Below are positions 49,484 to 62,300 of a stretch of DNA of 64,000 nt, piece after piece. Where the stretch lies: positions 34,100,001-34,164,000 of the forward strand of contig JBHGNT010000001.1 in NCBI GenBank assembly GCA_043228905.1, read 5' to 3'. The stretch's first letter is position 1, and every line of letters starts with the position of its first letter. The notes beneath the pieces are model-generated. The model saw only the letters and a program-made list of their open reading frames with translations. It was not told where the DNA came from and did no database searches. The translations under genes were made by a program, and so were the position numbers. The stretch is from Azolla caroliniana (taxonomy: Eukaryota; Plantae; Polypodiophyta).

Positions 49484-52380
49484 ATGGATCCCCTCAAATA
49501 TAATGCTATTTCAACGTTAATCCTCTCCCTGATCCTTATTCATGCACCCATTAACGTGGCCTCAGGTTCTTCATTCTAACTAGTAACTACCATGGTCATC
49601 GATTCAAATCGTGGTTAATGCTTCCTAATTAATGGTTATTTCTGTTGCATTAAAGTGAGAATCGCACCGAGATTAATGTTGGGTCTGTAATCATTACTAT
49701 CTAATTGACAGAGTTTCTGTCAATAATAATCAACCCTAATGCTGGATTTGAATTTATGACAACAAAATTAATGTGGGTTTGTATTGATTACAAGATAATT
49801 GAAGGGGAACTAAGATGAGGTTAATATTGTCCAACTGTACTACATAACATTTCAATTACAGAAGATTGCAATCACATTCACATTGCTTTAATCTAATACG
49901 TGATATTAACTAACCACCATGTGGGATCAATGCTAATAGCTTGTCAACATACTATGATTTATATTCTAATCATGATTCATTAGTGCTAATCACTTGTTAA
50001 TTTACCATGATTTTGAATTGATCAAGGCACACCAAGGTTCGAGTGTGAAGATCTAGAAGCTGAGAAGTGTGCATTTGCAGTCACAAGCAATGGAACTCGA
50101 TGCATTTTGGAGAAGACTGTGAGGCGAGATGGCGCATCTGATTACAAATGCCAGGTGAATTAAACGAGAAATCAGTTGATAAAAAACCTATCATTGGAAC
50201 TAATTATGGTTCATTATCCATAATTCGTGTTAATTATTGGCTAACCATGCTAGTCATTATTTAATCATTACAATGCATGTCAATAACTCATCAATCATAT
50301 CACTTGTTAGCAAACTGCCTTAACTAGGCATGAATTAATTCCACTTGTTAATGTTTATGGCGTAAAAAGACATGCCAAGGATATGGTCAACTCACAAATT
50401 ACAGAGTGAAAACCGTTCACTTTACTGGTTGAAAAACCATTCATTGATATCAATATGATGGGTGTTCCATCAATGGCACCACCAATCAATTGACAATCAA
50501 TGATATTGATTTACTTACCTATCAATACTTAGTCATGTGGATTAATTATGCTAACAAACAATAATGTTTGATAACCCTTAACAATTAAAATAGTAGCAAT
50601 CATGCAAACAATTAAGCTCACAATCAATGAGTTAATCAAGATATCATTAGTGAAATAGATTACAAAATTATTTATTTGTGAAATCAAGTAAGAATAACGA
50701 GTGGTGAATGATTAATACATTATTAGTGAGCTCGACAACACAATTAGCAAAGTAATTATGTTGAACAATTGATTTTAGTATGATGCAGACATCAATGGTG
50801 GCCGCAGAGAAGCGAAGGCAGTGGATCGAGAGCAACATGTGTATAAAGGTATGCGGATTGCAGAGACTGAGCGTGGGCTTCTCCACTGACGCTCTACATG
50901 AGCACGAGTTCACAATGAAGCTTTGCCTCTCTGACTGCCTCAAGCGATGCCCTAACATCAATGATCTCTACACCAAGCTAGCAGAAGGAGAAGGTTATTG
51001 ATCCTCATCCATCAATTTAGAATAGTTAATTTATTAGGCCTTCCATTTGCACCCTAATATTGACTTCTCCATTACAAAATAGAGGATCGACTCTAGCTTG
51101 ATCACTTATGATGTTCATAATTGTTCTCCAATAATCAACCCCAGCCTCCAAATGATCAATGAGTCTCAATAAACCAATTAATCAATTAATTTTCTACAGC
51201 ACTAAGAAGTTGCCCAGTCGAGATTATGACCCGTATCATTGGCAAAGTCTTCAGACTTATTTGATTAGCCAACTTTATTATGCAACTTAATAAATTCTAA
51301 TTTATGTCCTGCAATGCCAAATTCATTACACCCATAACTATGCTATGATCACAAATAATTTCCAAGACACAAATAACCGCATTATTATGCCTTTCCCTAC
51401 GACCTAATCACATCATGAACAGTTTTTTCAATCATACTCATTTGCAGGGAATCAGATTAAGCACTTTATTATGGGCCATTAACATGACACGCCATGAAAC
51501 TATCAGTTAGCTACACCCAATCACATCTCAGTCAAAATAACCAATTAACTGCATTATTATGCCCTTATCAATGCTCAACCCACTACTATGCACTAATTAC
51601 AACTCATTTCCAGGTAATCAATTTACCACATTACTTTTGTCCTTTCACTATGAATGCCTTTGTCACTTCGTTAACAACGAATCGCTTTATTATGACCATA
51701 GGATTAGGCCTTAATCACGTCATTAACCACTTCATTATGCAACCCTAAACCCATTTCAAAACAAGTATCGACCACAGGATTGATTAGCAAAGAAACTAGA
51801 TTGATAATATGTACTTAATGAGGCATGCTTATTCACTCGTCTGAAATTTTTTGATTCTTCAGGTATCAAGTTGGAGGATCTCTGTGATTCTGTAAAGAGG
51901 AGGATGCACAGACTGATGATAGCAAGGCAGCAAAAGAAACAGCAAGAGCAAGACCTACGTCGCAACATTGAGAAAAAACAACAGTCTCAACAATCACCAC
52001 AAAATGATACTGCTGACCCTCCGCCCAGCCGCCCAATATCCTTAGCCCCCGCTCCTGCCCCCATTACACAGCCCCTGATATGGGGGGTGGCACCTCCACC
52101 CTCTTCTTCCGGACGTAACAGAGGAGCATATATACCCCGTGCACAACCACCCTCTCAGGTACCTGTCACTACCATTGACAAATTCCCTGCTCTGGCACCT
52201 ACAAGCCCCAGTAACGATTTTGATGACTGGTTCAGCTCACCTGCTCCCTCCTCAGAGTATTACCCCATTCAGCCCCCTGTCCTCCCACCAACACCCCCCA
52301 TTGCCTTGCCTCTGCCTCGCCATCATTTTCCTTTCCCCTTCCCTCATTTTGGAAACTATCCTCCTGCTCTCGGCACCTAA
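49484..52380 (+). CDS. PAR1 (photoassimilate-responsive)-family secreted Cys-rich protein with Gln- and Pro-rich C-terminal extension; exons 49484-49565, 50027-50154, 50789-50993, 51863-52380
   Basis: Signal peptide MDPLKYNAISTLILSLILIHAPINVASG, then FECEDLEAEKCAFAVTSNGTRCILEK..YKCQTS..WIESNMCIKVCGLQRLSVGFSTDAL..FTMKLC..CLKRCPNINDLYTKLAEGEGIKLEDLC, which is the PAR1 Cys pattern. Splice phases are consistent. Confidence 0.9.
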
Positions 52381-52642
52381 AAAAACCTCACAAAAATAGT
52401 GTAATTTTGAGCATTTCTCACAATACCCACGGATATTGTCTTCATTCTTTTGACACGCAAATCCTTAAGGTGTTTATTGCATATTTAATATGTAGAATGC
52501 TCTTGAAAATCCTAATTTCTTTACATTGTTGTGGAGGATATAAAAGTATTCCTTAAATTAGGACTAATCTTCTAATACGTTCATGGACTTCACAAAATAT
52601 GTAACATATGGCATTTTACGCCCTTACCAACTCATGGAAAAA

Positions 52643-52769
52643 CCACAGGCACAGAATTTTTCAAAAAGGCCTACTATAAATGTGAATAACTAAACACATG
52701 TGCGGAATAGAGGACACAGGTACAGATTTTTTCAAAAAGGTCTATTATAAATCGGAACAACTAAACACA
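52643..52769. repeat. Imperfect direct repeat, 2 x ~55 bp, between the convergent PAR1 and GPX 3' ends
   Basis: CACAGG.ACAGA.TTTTTCAAAAAGG.CTA.TATAAAT...AACTAAACACA occurs twice. Confidence 0.75.
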
Positions 52770-52940
52770 ACTTGTTTGGAACAGAGACAGGAAGCTAACC
52801 TCCAGCACGAAATTATTTTGAGTTATTCATTTTGCAACAAGGAATTATTTTGAGTTATAATACAAAGGCATCATCATTTTATAACATTGTCAGATCTTTG
52901 CCTTCAAGTTTGGAAAGTGTTCCCTTCCCAATGGAGCAGT

Positions 52941-55635
52941 TCACAAGTACTTTATAATATCCTTCTGCAATTGAGTAAATAATAGATCATGGACCTGTTT
53001 ATAACATTGAATTATAATCAGAAATTAAAATATGAACATTAATTTATACCTCGATTGTGGATGGAGATACAGTTGGTGCATATCGCTCAATAACTTCCCC
53101 ATCTCTATTCACCAAAAATTTGGCAAAATTCCACTTGATAGCATCACCAAATATACTTCCACCCTTCGCATTCTTCAAAAACTTATATAGGGGAGATGCA
53201 TTGGTTCCATTTACGTCGATCTATCATGAAAAACAAAATGCTGTTTATCAGAAAACCCGGAGACAATGCTTTTATATCAAAATCCTGAACCCTAAATCCA
53301 GTGCATTCATATCAAAAGCCCTAAATCCAATGTTTTGATATCAAAAACCCTAACCCCTATGCTTTTACATCAAAAACACTGCATACAATGCTTTTACATT
53401 AGAAACCTGAAACCTATATATCAAAATCCTAGACTCAAGGGTGCCAATAAGTCCATGAAACTACCTTATCAAATATTGGATACTCAGCTTTGAACCTAGT
53501 GCACACAAAATTTTGGATGTCCTCATTTGACCCAGGCTCCTGCCCACCAAATTGATTGCACGGAAATCCAAGGATCTCCAATCCTGTATGCATTGCTAAA
53601 GACATGATCAGAAGAAAAATGCAAAAAAAAAAAAAAAAAATACTTGATGTTCATGTAGTTCATCTTCTTAGAGACTGAACAACCTTCATTTCTATACTTG
53701 TTGTAGACTTCTGTAAGCTCAGTGTAGTTGGATGTAGTCAAACCACTGAAACAAAAGACCCTCATCAATAACATGTCATTAGAAAATCCACAGTTATGAT
53801 ACGACCATGTCAATGAAAACATGCTTGTCAATCAGCCACAATCTGGATGGCCATACCCTGAACATTAACATAGGGTTAACAGGTATTCCATAGAGATAGC
53901 TACTCTATAGTACACATGAATCCCAGGACAGCTGCAGTATGTATATAGACCAAGCCTTAATTTGTTTGCATATAAAACAGCTAGCTTGACCTATTGTGGA
54001 TTATGGTAATGGTTTGAAAAATAGACCAAGCACTACCTGATATATAAAGGATTAGCTACTTTAATGTACATTTCATTCTGGATGCCATTGTTCGAACATC
54101 TACCTAGGACTAATTGGTACTATATAAAGGCCAAAGTGCCAGTTACATATAAAATGTTGACTATTTGCAATCTTATCAATGCTAGACGTAGTATGTATGG
54201 ATATATAAGAACCAAAAGCTAAGTATACACAACCCATGTTAAGATGGGATTTTATACAAAGAATAGTGTTGAAGCTGACATTTTTCATTCAATGTGATGT
54301 TTTTCATGTAGATCGCATGTGCACGCATGCACATATCCTGGATACTTTGGCATCTGACCACACAGGTGTTGGGACTAAAGACATTGGCAAGGTAGCCATG
54401 TGCAATTTATTCCTCTGTTCAGTCATAGGTTCAAACAGCTCCATACAAATGATTGGAAAAAAGCCTCTTTAGTCTCAAAAACATATGTTAATTTAGTCTC
54501 AGGGGAAAACTCCAACATATTCAGTTTCTCTATCTCTCAAATGCCCCTTAATTGTTGTCGTTTCTGCCCAACACTCTTTTCAAGCAAATAAAAAGATCCA
54601 AAAGACACATAAAAGCAGAATTTTGTGTTCCAATAGGATTAAGAGCACGCATAAAATCATTGCTTACATATGACTTAGCTCACACTCACTACGATGTAGG
54701 AAGGGGTGTTGGGGCAAAGAGTAGTCGATTATGCACATTTTTCCCTAAACAAGTTCAGGAGTCTAAGTATCACATTTTGATATAATGCTTTGCCTTTGAT
54801 CACATTCAACTTATGTTTCCCTCACATCTTCCACCAAACCCAATCCTTGAACAAATTTCTCTCGCAGTCACAATGTGTACTCTCAATTGCAACATTCAAA
54901 GTTCTTGAACATTGAGATCTGCAACTCCCTTTCACATATATTATGTAAAAATGTAATATATTTGGTCTCATAGGTCATATTTGCCCTCTGAAGACAATAA
55001 TAAAATGTATCTATCTTTCAAACCCCAAAAGAACATTGATATTTGCCATTTTAAAAACAACTTGTCGATTTATTCTGTTTCTCTCACTAACAAGGGCGTA
55101 TAAACAAAACCTTTGGAATTTGCTCCCTTTCACGAAACAAACATGGATATTGCAACTATTATTCTATCCCATCACAACGCACCAACAAATGGAGCTTACA
55201 TAAATCAGGGTTTCGTGGGATCATTTTACATAAATTGAGGTTTCATAACATTATGTTAAGCGAATTAGGGTTTTATGGCATTATTTGACGTGGAATTAGG
55301 GTTTCGGGCGCTTACCATTGAGAAGCTACATTGACAATAAGCAGCACTTTGCCTCTGTAAATGCCGAGATTCACATCGTTTCCTCGAGCATCCTAACATA
55401 GCATTAATTAGAACAGGTTAACCCAACCCCGGTTGCAACAGGTTAATCCAACTATTCCGAGAACACCCACTTGAATCTTCCTTCGATTTATACAGAGAAC
55501 AACAAGCATTCCCTCATAATAATGAAAACAACAAAGAAACAGCAAAAACGAAAAACAAAAAAACACAGATCTGCACAGGTTTGTTCTTACTTTTACGGTG
55601 ATGTCATAGATGCTAGAGGGCAAGGAAGAAGCCAT
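52941..55635 (-). CDS. GPX: Glutathione peroxidase (plant thioredoxin-dependent Cys type), 165 aa; exons 55635-55591, 55392-55316, 53745-53684, 53583-53465, 53220-53050, 52964-52941
   Basis: [14 protein letters not shown] (peroxidatic Cys encoded by TG|T, not Sec), [14 protein letters not shown] and [10 protein letters not shown]. Canonical 6-exon plant GPX structure; no transit peptide. Confidence 0.97.
53268..53432. repeat. Degenerate ~28-bp tandem repeat containing telomere-like CCCTAAA, GPX intron 4
   Basis: Repeated TGC.TTTA.ATCAAAA.CCCTAAA.CC.A units. Confidence 0.65.
55198..55305. repeat. Degenerate ~30-bp tandem repeat containing TTAGGGTTT, GPX intron 2
   Basis: About four AATTAGGGTTT-like units. 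Confidence 0.6.
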
Positions 55636-55832
55636 GGAATGGGAAAGGAAGAAGGGGTTGAAATTTTGATAGAATTATGGGTAGATATTAGACGCAAGGA
55701 AACTAAGAGGACGAAGAGTGAATATTGAATGATACATATACATATGTATATGTATATACATACATATATATACATTATTACATATATATAGGAATGTTGC
55801 TAGCAATGCATAGATATATCTACATACATACG

Positions 55833-56336
55833 TGTTAGGATGCCTGAATTGATGATATGTGTTGGGTGTCTATACTTGATGATATTAAGGTTGGACCTCA
55901 TATGTATAGGCTTCAATATCCATAGAGTATGGATAATCTTAGATTGGGGATAGGATTGCATATATTCATGGTGTGGGGTGTTGTTGGACCTAGATGTGGG
56001 TTAGGTTGCATGTGATCATGCGGGACCTGGGTGGTGTTGGACCTCGGTTTGGCTACAGTTGATTACTCGGGTGTTTGTAGTTGGGCCTTATGTGGGCGGG
56101 CACTAGGTAATGTTGGACTTGGGCTTGGCTACACATATTGATTATGTGGGTGATGTTGGATCTAGTTTTGGCTATATTGGTTGTGGGTGTAGTTGGACTA
56201 ACCGCTTGTCAATATCATACATACATAGGTATGTTATGTATGTATTTTTACATTTGTGTGCCCCTCGGGCCTCAATGCAATAAATAAAATGGTTTTTACA
56301 ATGCAAAGAATGAATTATTATATATTGTTCCTAACA
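55833..56336. mobile_element. Solo-LTR-like element (~504 bp) immediately upstream of GPX
   Basis: 5'-TGTTAGGA...TCCTAACA-3' 8-bp terminal inverted repeat with TG..CA ends, internal TGTTGGAC(C/T)T repeats and AATAAA. No clean TSD. Confidence 0.45.
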
Positions 56337-57929
56337 TAACACGTTTTCAGTTCTTTGCTTTTTAGATAGGCTTTTGTCGAGACTTGAGGTGAGGTAGGAG
56401 AAAGAAATAGGTATGGGAAGACGAGAGGAATGCACGGTTGATGGAAATGAGCAACTAATACCACATTATCAAGGTAGATGGTTCGTTGGGAAGAAATAAT
56501 AACTTGGAAACTTGTGTTGAAGATTAGAGCGAGAGGATTGTGATTGATTTATAGAGTACAAAAATAATCCGTTGAAGCGAGTGGAAGACACATGAGTCCT
56601 TTTTGCATTGATATAAACAAACTTGACTCGTGGAAGACAAATTTGACCACATTGTTCGTCTCGTTCGATTTGAACCATCTAGTTTAGGTGTGGTTGTATA
56701 GTAATAATATGAAACATCTAGTTTTTGTATTGTTTCCAACTCTCTGACAGTCTCTTGGAGCCCTCAAAAAACCTTGAAATTCTTTTTCACTTCCTTGTGT
56801 ACCACATAAACCACCTTAACCAAACATTGTCACAAACAATTCTAATTTCACTTCTTCAAGAAGTATATTGAATGTAGATTTTTACTTTCTATTTGGCAAA
56901 CAAATTATTGACTATTTATTATGCTTCAATTTGTTTTTTGAATCCAAGGTGAATCAATCTTTTTCGAGTGGAGGGACATTGACATGGTATTGTATCACTT
57001 TTTGTTTGTATGTGATGGAAAAAAGAAAAATGTCACGGCCTTCTTGGCCTTGATTGAGCACCTTAGGTTTTCAATTGGCAAGGTAACATATGCAAATTCT
57101 CCACCTTTATTTATTATTCCACTTTGTATCGACATGCATAATAATAGTTCAATTTTCTAGTAACACGTAACCAAGAGGACAACCAACAACACTAACTGAG
57201 ATTTGCAACAGAATACATTTGATAAGTTTTTGGGGGTACATGTGAATAAATCGTGCTTGGTTAGGTTACCCTAAAATGGACACCCTAATGCTCATATATA
57301 ATCAAACCTCAAGGTGGTCTTACATCACCACGCCTTTGTCTCCCTTGCTCTTGAGATCCCTTTCATCTAAGCTTCCACGACTATAGTCCTCCCCATTCAT
57401 ATGATATTATAACTCAATCTTAAGTTGGTGAGTCTTCTCTTGATTTATCCTAGTATCATTTGTGGAGTAGATAACATTGTTGTCTACCTATCATTGACAT
57501 TGAAATTTTCCATTAAAGCTTGGACATAGAACTAGAACGAGAATATTGGTTAGAACAAGAACCTCACAACATGAATGAAGGTGGCCTTCTCAACTATGGC
57601 AACTTGAGAACTTTTTTTTTTATGCCGCGGTTTGAGTATGAAGCTTCAACTTAAATAAATAGATCGAGTATTCCACAAGCTTGGTAGCTGAGAGAACTGC
57701 TCAATGGTGGCAACTTAATAACATTTTATCACTTTTGCCATAGGTTGAGCTAGGCAGTTCACTTGCATAACATATAAGAATGATAAACATTAAATGTCAT
57801 AGAGTGTATCTTGAGAGAAGAAATTTCATACATTGTGGCATCTTAACAATTCGATAATTTAAAGCCATTGCTTGAGCTAGGAAGCTCCCACTCAAGTAAA
57901 ACACAAACACAAAACTTATCAACTAATAC

Positions 57930-57971
57930 ATGTGTGTGTGTGTGTTTGGGGGGGGGGGGGGGGGGGGGGGG
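57930..57971. repeat. (TG)n followed by a poly-G run
   Basis: Direct inspection. Confidence 0.9.
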
Positions 57972-58653
57972 TGTAGGTGTGTCAAATTCAAAAAATATAG
58001 AGATATCACATAGGGCAAGACTAGAATATTGGAGTGTTGAAATTTATAGCATGATGGTTTGGGAACTAGTGGAGAAGCAAAGTTTGATTCTCACTTTCCT
58101 TAAGAGGGTTTCCCTTTAGTGTTTTTCTCCTTTAGCATGCGCTCTCGTGGGAGACTATGCTTCTTTGACATCGTCATAGGGAAACGAGATATTTTACAAC
58201 AATGGATTTGAATAAGAAAATTTTGTGTTAGGTCTTATTCATCAAACATATATAGCCTTATCTATGCTATAGTGTTTGCAAGGCCAAACATTGCATTCCA
58301 AATGGAACATGTTAGAAAATTCAAGGGAAGTCCTAGTATAAGGCATTGGGAGATAATGAGCCATATCACGAGACATCTCACGGGTACAAAGTACTTGAGT
58401 ATGTGTAAATCCAATATTGAGGTACACAAATTATAACTTTGTAGGGACGATGAGAGGCTCACACATAACTATTATTGTTGTGCATCTACAAAGACCATGA
58501 GTGAAAGCAATCCACCACATCTCACGAGCACATGAAATCGCAGCCAAGATGATAAGCAAGTTAGTGTGGTGGCCATAATTTCTTCACAAACACTCAAAAG
58601 AAAGGGTGTGAGCTTGAAGTGGGATCCTGAGTTGTAAACAATCGAGTAGTGAT

Positions 58654-58831
58654 TATTCTAAGGGATTGATTGAAGAAGCCAACTTTCCTTTACTGAGGAC
58701 CGTCAAATGGTCCAAAGCGCACATCCATTTTAGATTGAGATATTCTAAGGGATTGATTGAAGAAGCCAACTTTTCTTTACCGAGGACCGTCAAATGGTCC
58801 AAAATGCACATCCATTTTAGATTGAGATATT
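58654..58831. repeat. Tandem duplication, 2 x 87 bp
   Basis: TATTCTAAGGGATTGATTGAAGAAGCCAAC... at 58654 and 58741. Confidence 0.93.
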
Positions 58832-58900
58832 TCAATCCACATTCATGGCTTTGCTTGCATTGTTGCTAGATTATGATATTAAGTTAAACTATTGGTTATC

Positions 58901-59321
58901 AATCTACATGATTACATACCCGTGATGTGTTGGTGTAATGGTAATGGGGGGACACTCCAACCCCTAGGTTGGAGGTTCGAGTCTCCCCGCACCAACATAC
59001 ATGTGGTACCTAAAAAGGGCGGTTTGTGCCTGTAAGTGACGGTGACAACAATGACGGTTTCGACGATGAAGAAGGTAAAATGTAGCCTGTCTACAAGTTG
59101 CATGATGGAACGTGGTGCAAGTCTCATCATATCTCCTAGAGGTCAACCTTGAGTGCATGTATCTCACTCGTACCATTTGGTACACCCCCCTGATGGACTA
59201 TGTACTGCTAATAAAACATGACTTCGTGTGAGTTGTAGCCTTCGGGTGAGCCAAAGTTAAAAAAATACTAAAGTAGTATCTCTGAATGGAAAAAAAAATA
59301 AAAAAAATCTACATGATTACA
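58901..59321 (+). mobile_element. tRNA-derived SINE (~390 bp) with A-rich tail and 16-bp TSD
   Basis: TSD AATCTACATGATTACA at 58901-58916 and 59306-59321. Pol III A-box TGGTGTAATGG (58931-58941) and B-box GGTTCGAGTCT (58974-58984) within a GGAG/CTCC T-arm stem. A-tail at 59290-59305. Confidence 0.9.
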
Positions 59322-62300
59322 AGAAGCAACTATGAGTCAAACAAGTACTTAGAAAGATTAGTAAGTTGATAATTTTATATTAGTCATACTTGCAAGTAAA
59401 ATTTGTGTGTTATGGAAGATAAGTGAGATTTATAGTGAAAAAAGTCAATATACTTAATTGCAACTACAATTCGAAGTTGTGTTCAAGTTGCATGATTGTT
59501 GTGTTTGAAATTGGAATAGGTAGTCTAAAATGCAAGGGGCATGATTCTCACATGCAACATTAGTAGTTCATGGGTTGAAGGGCACAATTATGTACATGCT
59601 ACATGAGGCTCAACCCTAGGGAAACGTGTATGTCTCATGATCGAGTATAGACCCATATGGAGGTAGCATGGCCTTGGGTCATAGTCCCAAATAAGAGTGT
59701 AATTTTGAAAGCTTACCGACATTAGAAAAGAGCTTGCCACTGGCTCACCTAAAGATATCACCCACTAGCATGATACTTGAAAGTTCATAAATGGCCAATT
59801 TTTATACACATGTTCATTACTATAATATCATGATTCATATCCCTAAAACTATTTCTTCCACTTTAATATTAGAATTTTGGGAGCTTTAAGTTATGTATAT
59901 CTAATTGAGCAACATTGATGTATTTTCTCATTGCCTTGATATATAATGGCATTATATCTTTGATCATTCAGACATAATACAAAACATTTCCAATTTTCCA
60001 CGTCCATAAGTACATAGTTACACCCATTATTATTGTATGTTATGCGTCCCTTTGTTAGTTTCTCAATGGAAGGTTTGTGATAATGCTCTCTCTAATGGAC
60101 ATGCCATTATTCTATTATGTGACAACATATTCAAAGATCCTACGATCAAATGCAATGTCTATGTGTGTGTGTTTATTGAAATTAGAAAGAACATGGTTTT
60201 AGAATACATTTCTATTGCACTTTCAATGAAAATATTATACAAAGGTATTCTGGTGCTCAATAATGTATTTTTTATTTCCTTATGGTACCCACTTTATGCT
60301 TTTTCATTACCTCTTTAGGAATTAGGATCATTAGTTGGGCATATGTCTATCGTGTGAATAATATCCAGGAGAATATGCCCTCCCGTTGTAATTAATAGAA
60401 ATGATCTATGGGAATATGCATTTCGTAGTTCAAAGCTATAAAACTATGTTTTCGATGCAACAATCATACGATTTCCATTGAATTGCATTGTATGGATATA
60501 AGCTTAAAAGCACAAACTTTAAGTTATATATTAATTGGATATACTCTAATAGCTTGATGTCCCCCGTGAAAAATATGTTGCTTTATTGTATCGAGACTCA
60601 ATACTAAGGAGCATATACAATAGTAAAAAGGGTTTAAATTTTTATACGACTGCTTCTTACCTTTTGTATTTGAATATGATGGTCCATACATTTCACACCT
60701 TTGTGATGTTGACATTGAGAAGAAGAAGACAATTGTTTTCCAACTTTTTCTTAAGGACGGTACAAAGCTCGTGCAAAGAAAAAGAGAAACCAATGCATCT
60801 CATCATCCAAGACGACACACAAAGGACTTTATTGGATATTGATATGTACTATTCTCTATGGTCCTCTCTTTCTCATATCTCTTCTACACATTCTTCTTCC
60901 CGTGTCTCATCTACCCCTTCTCTCCCAAGTCCCTCCTCATATCTATAGACTAACTTTGTGTCAATAACCAGCTTGCTATCATATCAAACTCAGAGAGTCT
61001 ACACATAAAGATCACAAAAATATAAAGCTTCGCATGTTACATTTAGTTACAGTTATGACAAGCTAGTATTGGATCCATACAACAAATCAAAGAAGGATAC
61101 ATGATTAAAAAAGTTGGAGCACCATATTACATAATGCAACAATGAAAAAACTTTCTCCTATTAGGTAAAACATGAAAACAATGTGTAGTAAACCTACATA
61201 ATTAGAATTTAATATACATTGCGACAATAAAAAAAAGGTTTGTGTTGTGGTACAATTTTTTGTTTTGTTTAGCTTTTTTGATGCTGAAATACTGTATAAG
61301 GTGATTTAGTTGGTGGGGAATTCCGACTAGTATTAGATACCCCTATTTTTATGCTTCCTTATCGCACATTTATATGGCAATGCCATTTTCTGCTTGTTTT
61401 TTATGATCTTTTGGATCTACTTGTAGTTATTATAAGGGCATGAATTTATTACAACATTGAAAGCAAGTTTTGCATGCTAATAATTGTTTCATCAAGGTAG
61501 ATCCTGAAGTAACCATGTTATCATGAATTGAAAACATTTTGGATAATCAACAAAGAGTCACAAGGCACATTAAGATGTAGAATGTTAACACAACATTTTA
61601 ATGTGTGGAAGTTGTAACAAAAAATATTTACACTAAGGCAATTTTCTTTTTTTCATGGCAATTTGATTAACGCTATGTCGTTTGATCCAACAAGTCTTAC
61701 CCTAGAAGGAACACTTGGGTAGCAATAATCCAACGTGTTATATACTATTGGCATGCTTCCACGCTACCCAATTTGTGTTCTTCCATTTTAATATAGAAAA
61801 GTCATGTTTATATGAGCTCAAAATTTCTTTAGATTGCTAGTGGTTTTCGTCTTCATAGTACAACTCTTTGAGACAATTGTTGTTTTACACAAATTGGAAA
61901 CATTCCACCGATGTAGTAAAATTCAAATTACATAATGTATACATACTACATATGCTTGTTAAGATAATACAAACAAATACGTATTTGCCCCAATACACAT
62001 AGGTGAGAGAGACTTAATGTCTTGTTGGCAAACTATGGACAATTGGATTGTTCTAGAATAGACATTACCATCCATAACTCCCTTTTCTAGGTAGGCATAT
62101 GCCTTTTGGCCATAAACAAACAAGTGTTAACATAAACTCCAAATCGAAGATTGCAACGTTAATTGTCAATGGATTTCAACACGGTAAACAAACATCCCAT
62201 GTCATGGTGATGTAAGACCAACCCATGCACATCCATCAACGCCAGAGTGTAAGTGGCACTCCTTTTAACCTTTTCTTGTGAGGACACAAAAATGTATATG

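Noticed and set aside
55316-55318. Selenocysteine GPX
   Set aside because: The active-site codon is TG|T (Cys) across the splice junction, not TGA.
58924-58993. Functional tRNA gene
   Set aside because: The acceptor and anticodon arms are imperfect, and it is the head of a TSD-flanked, A-tailed SINE.
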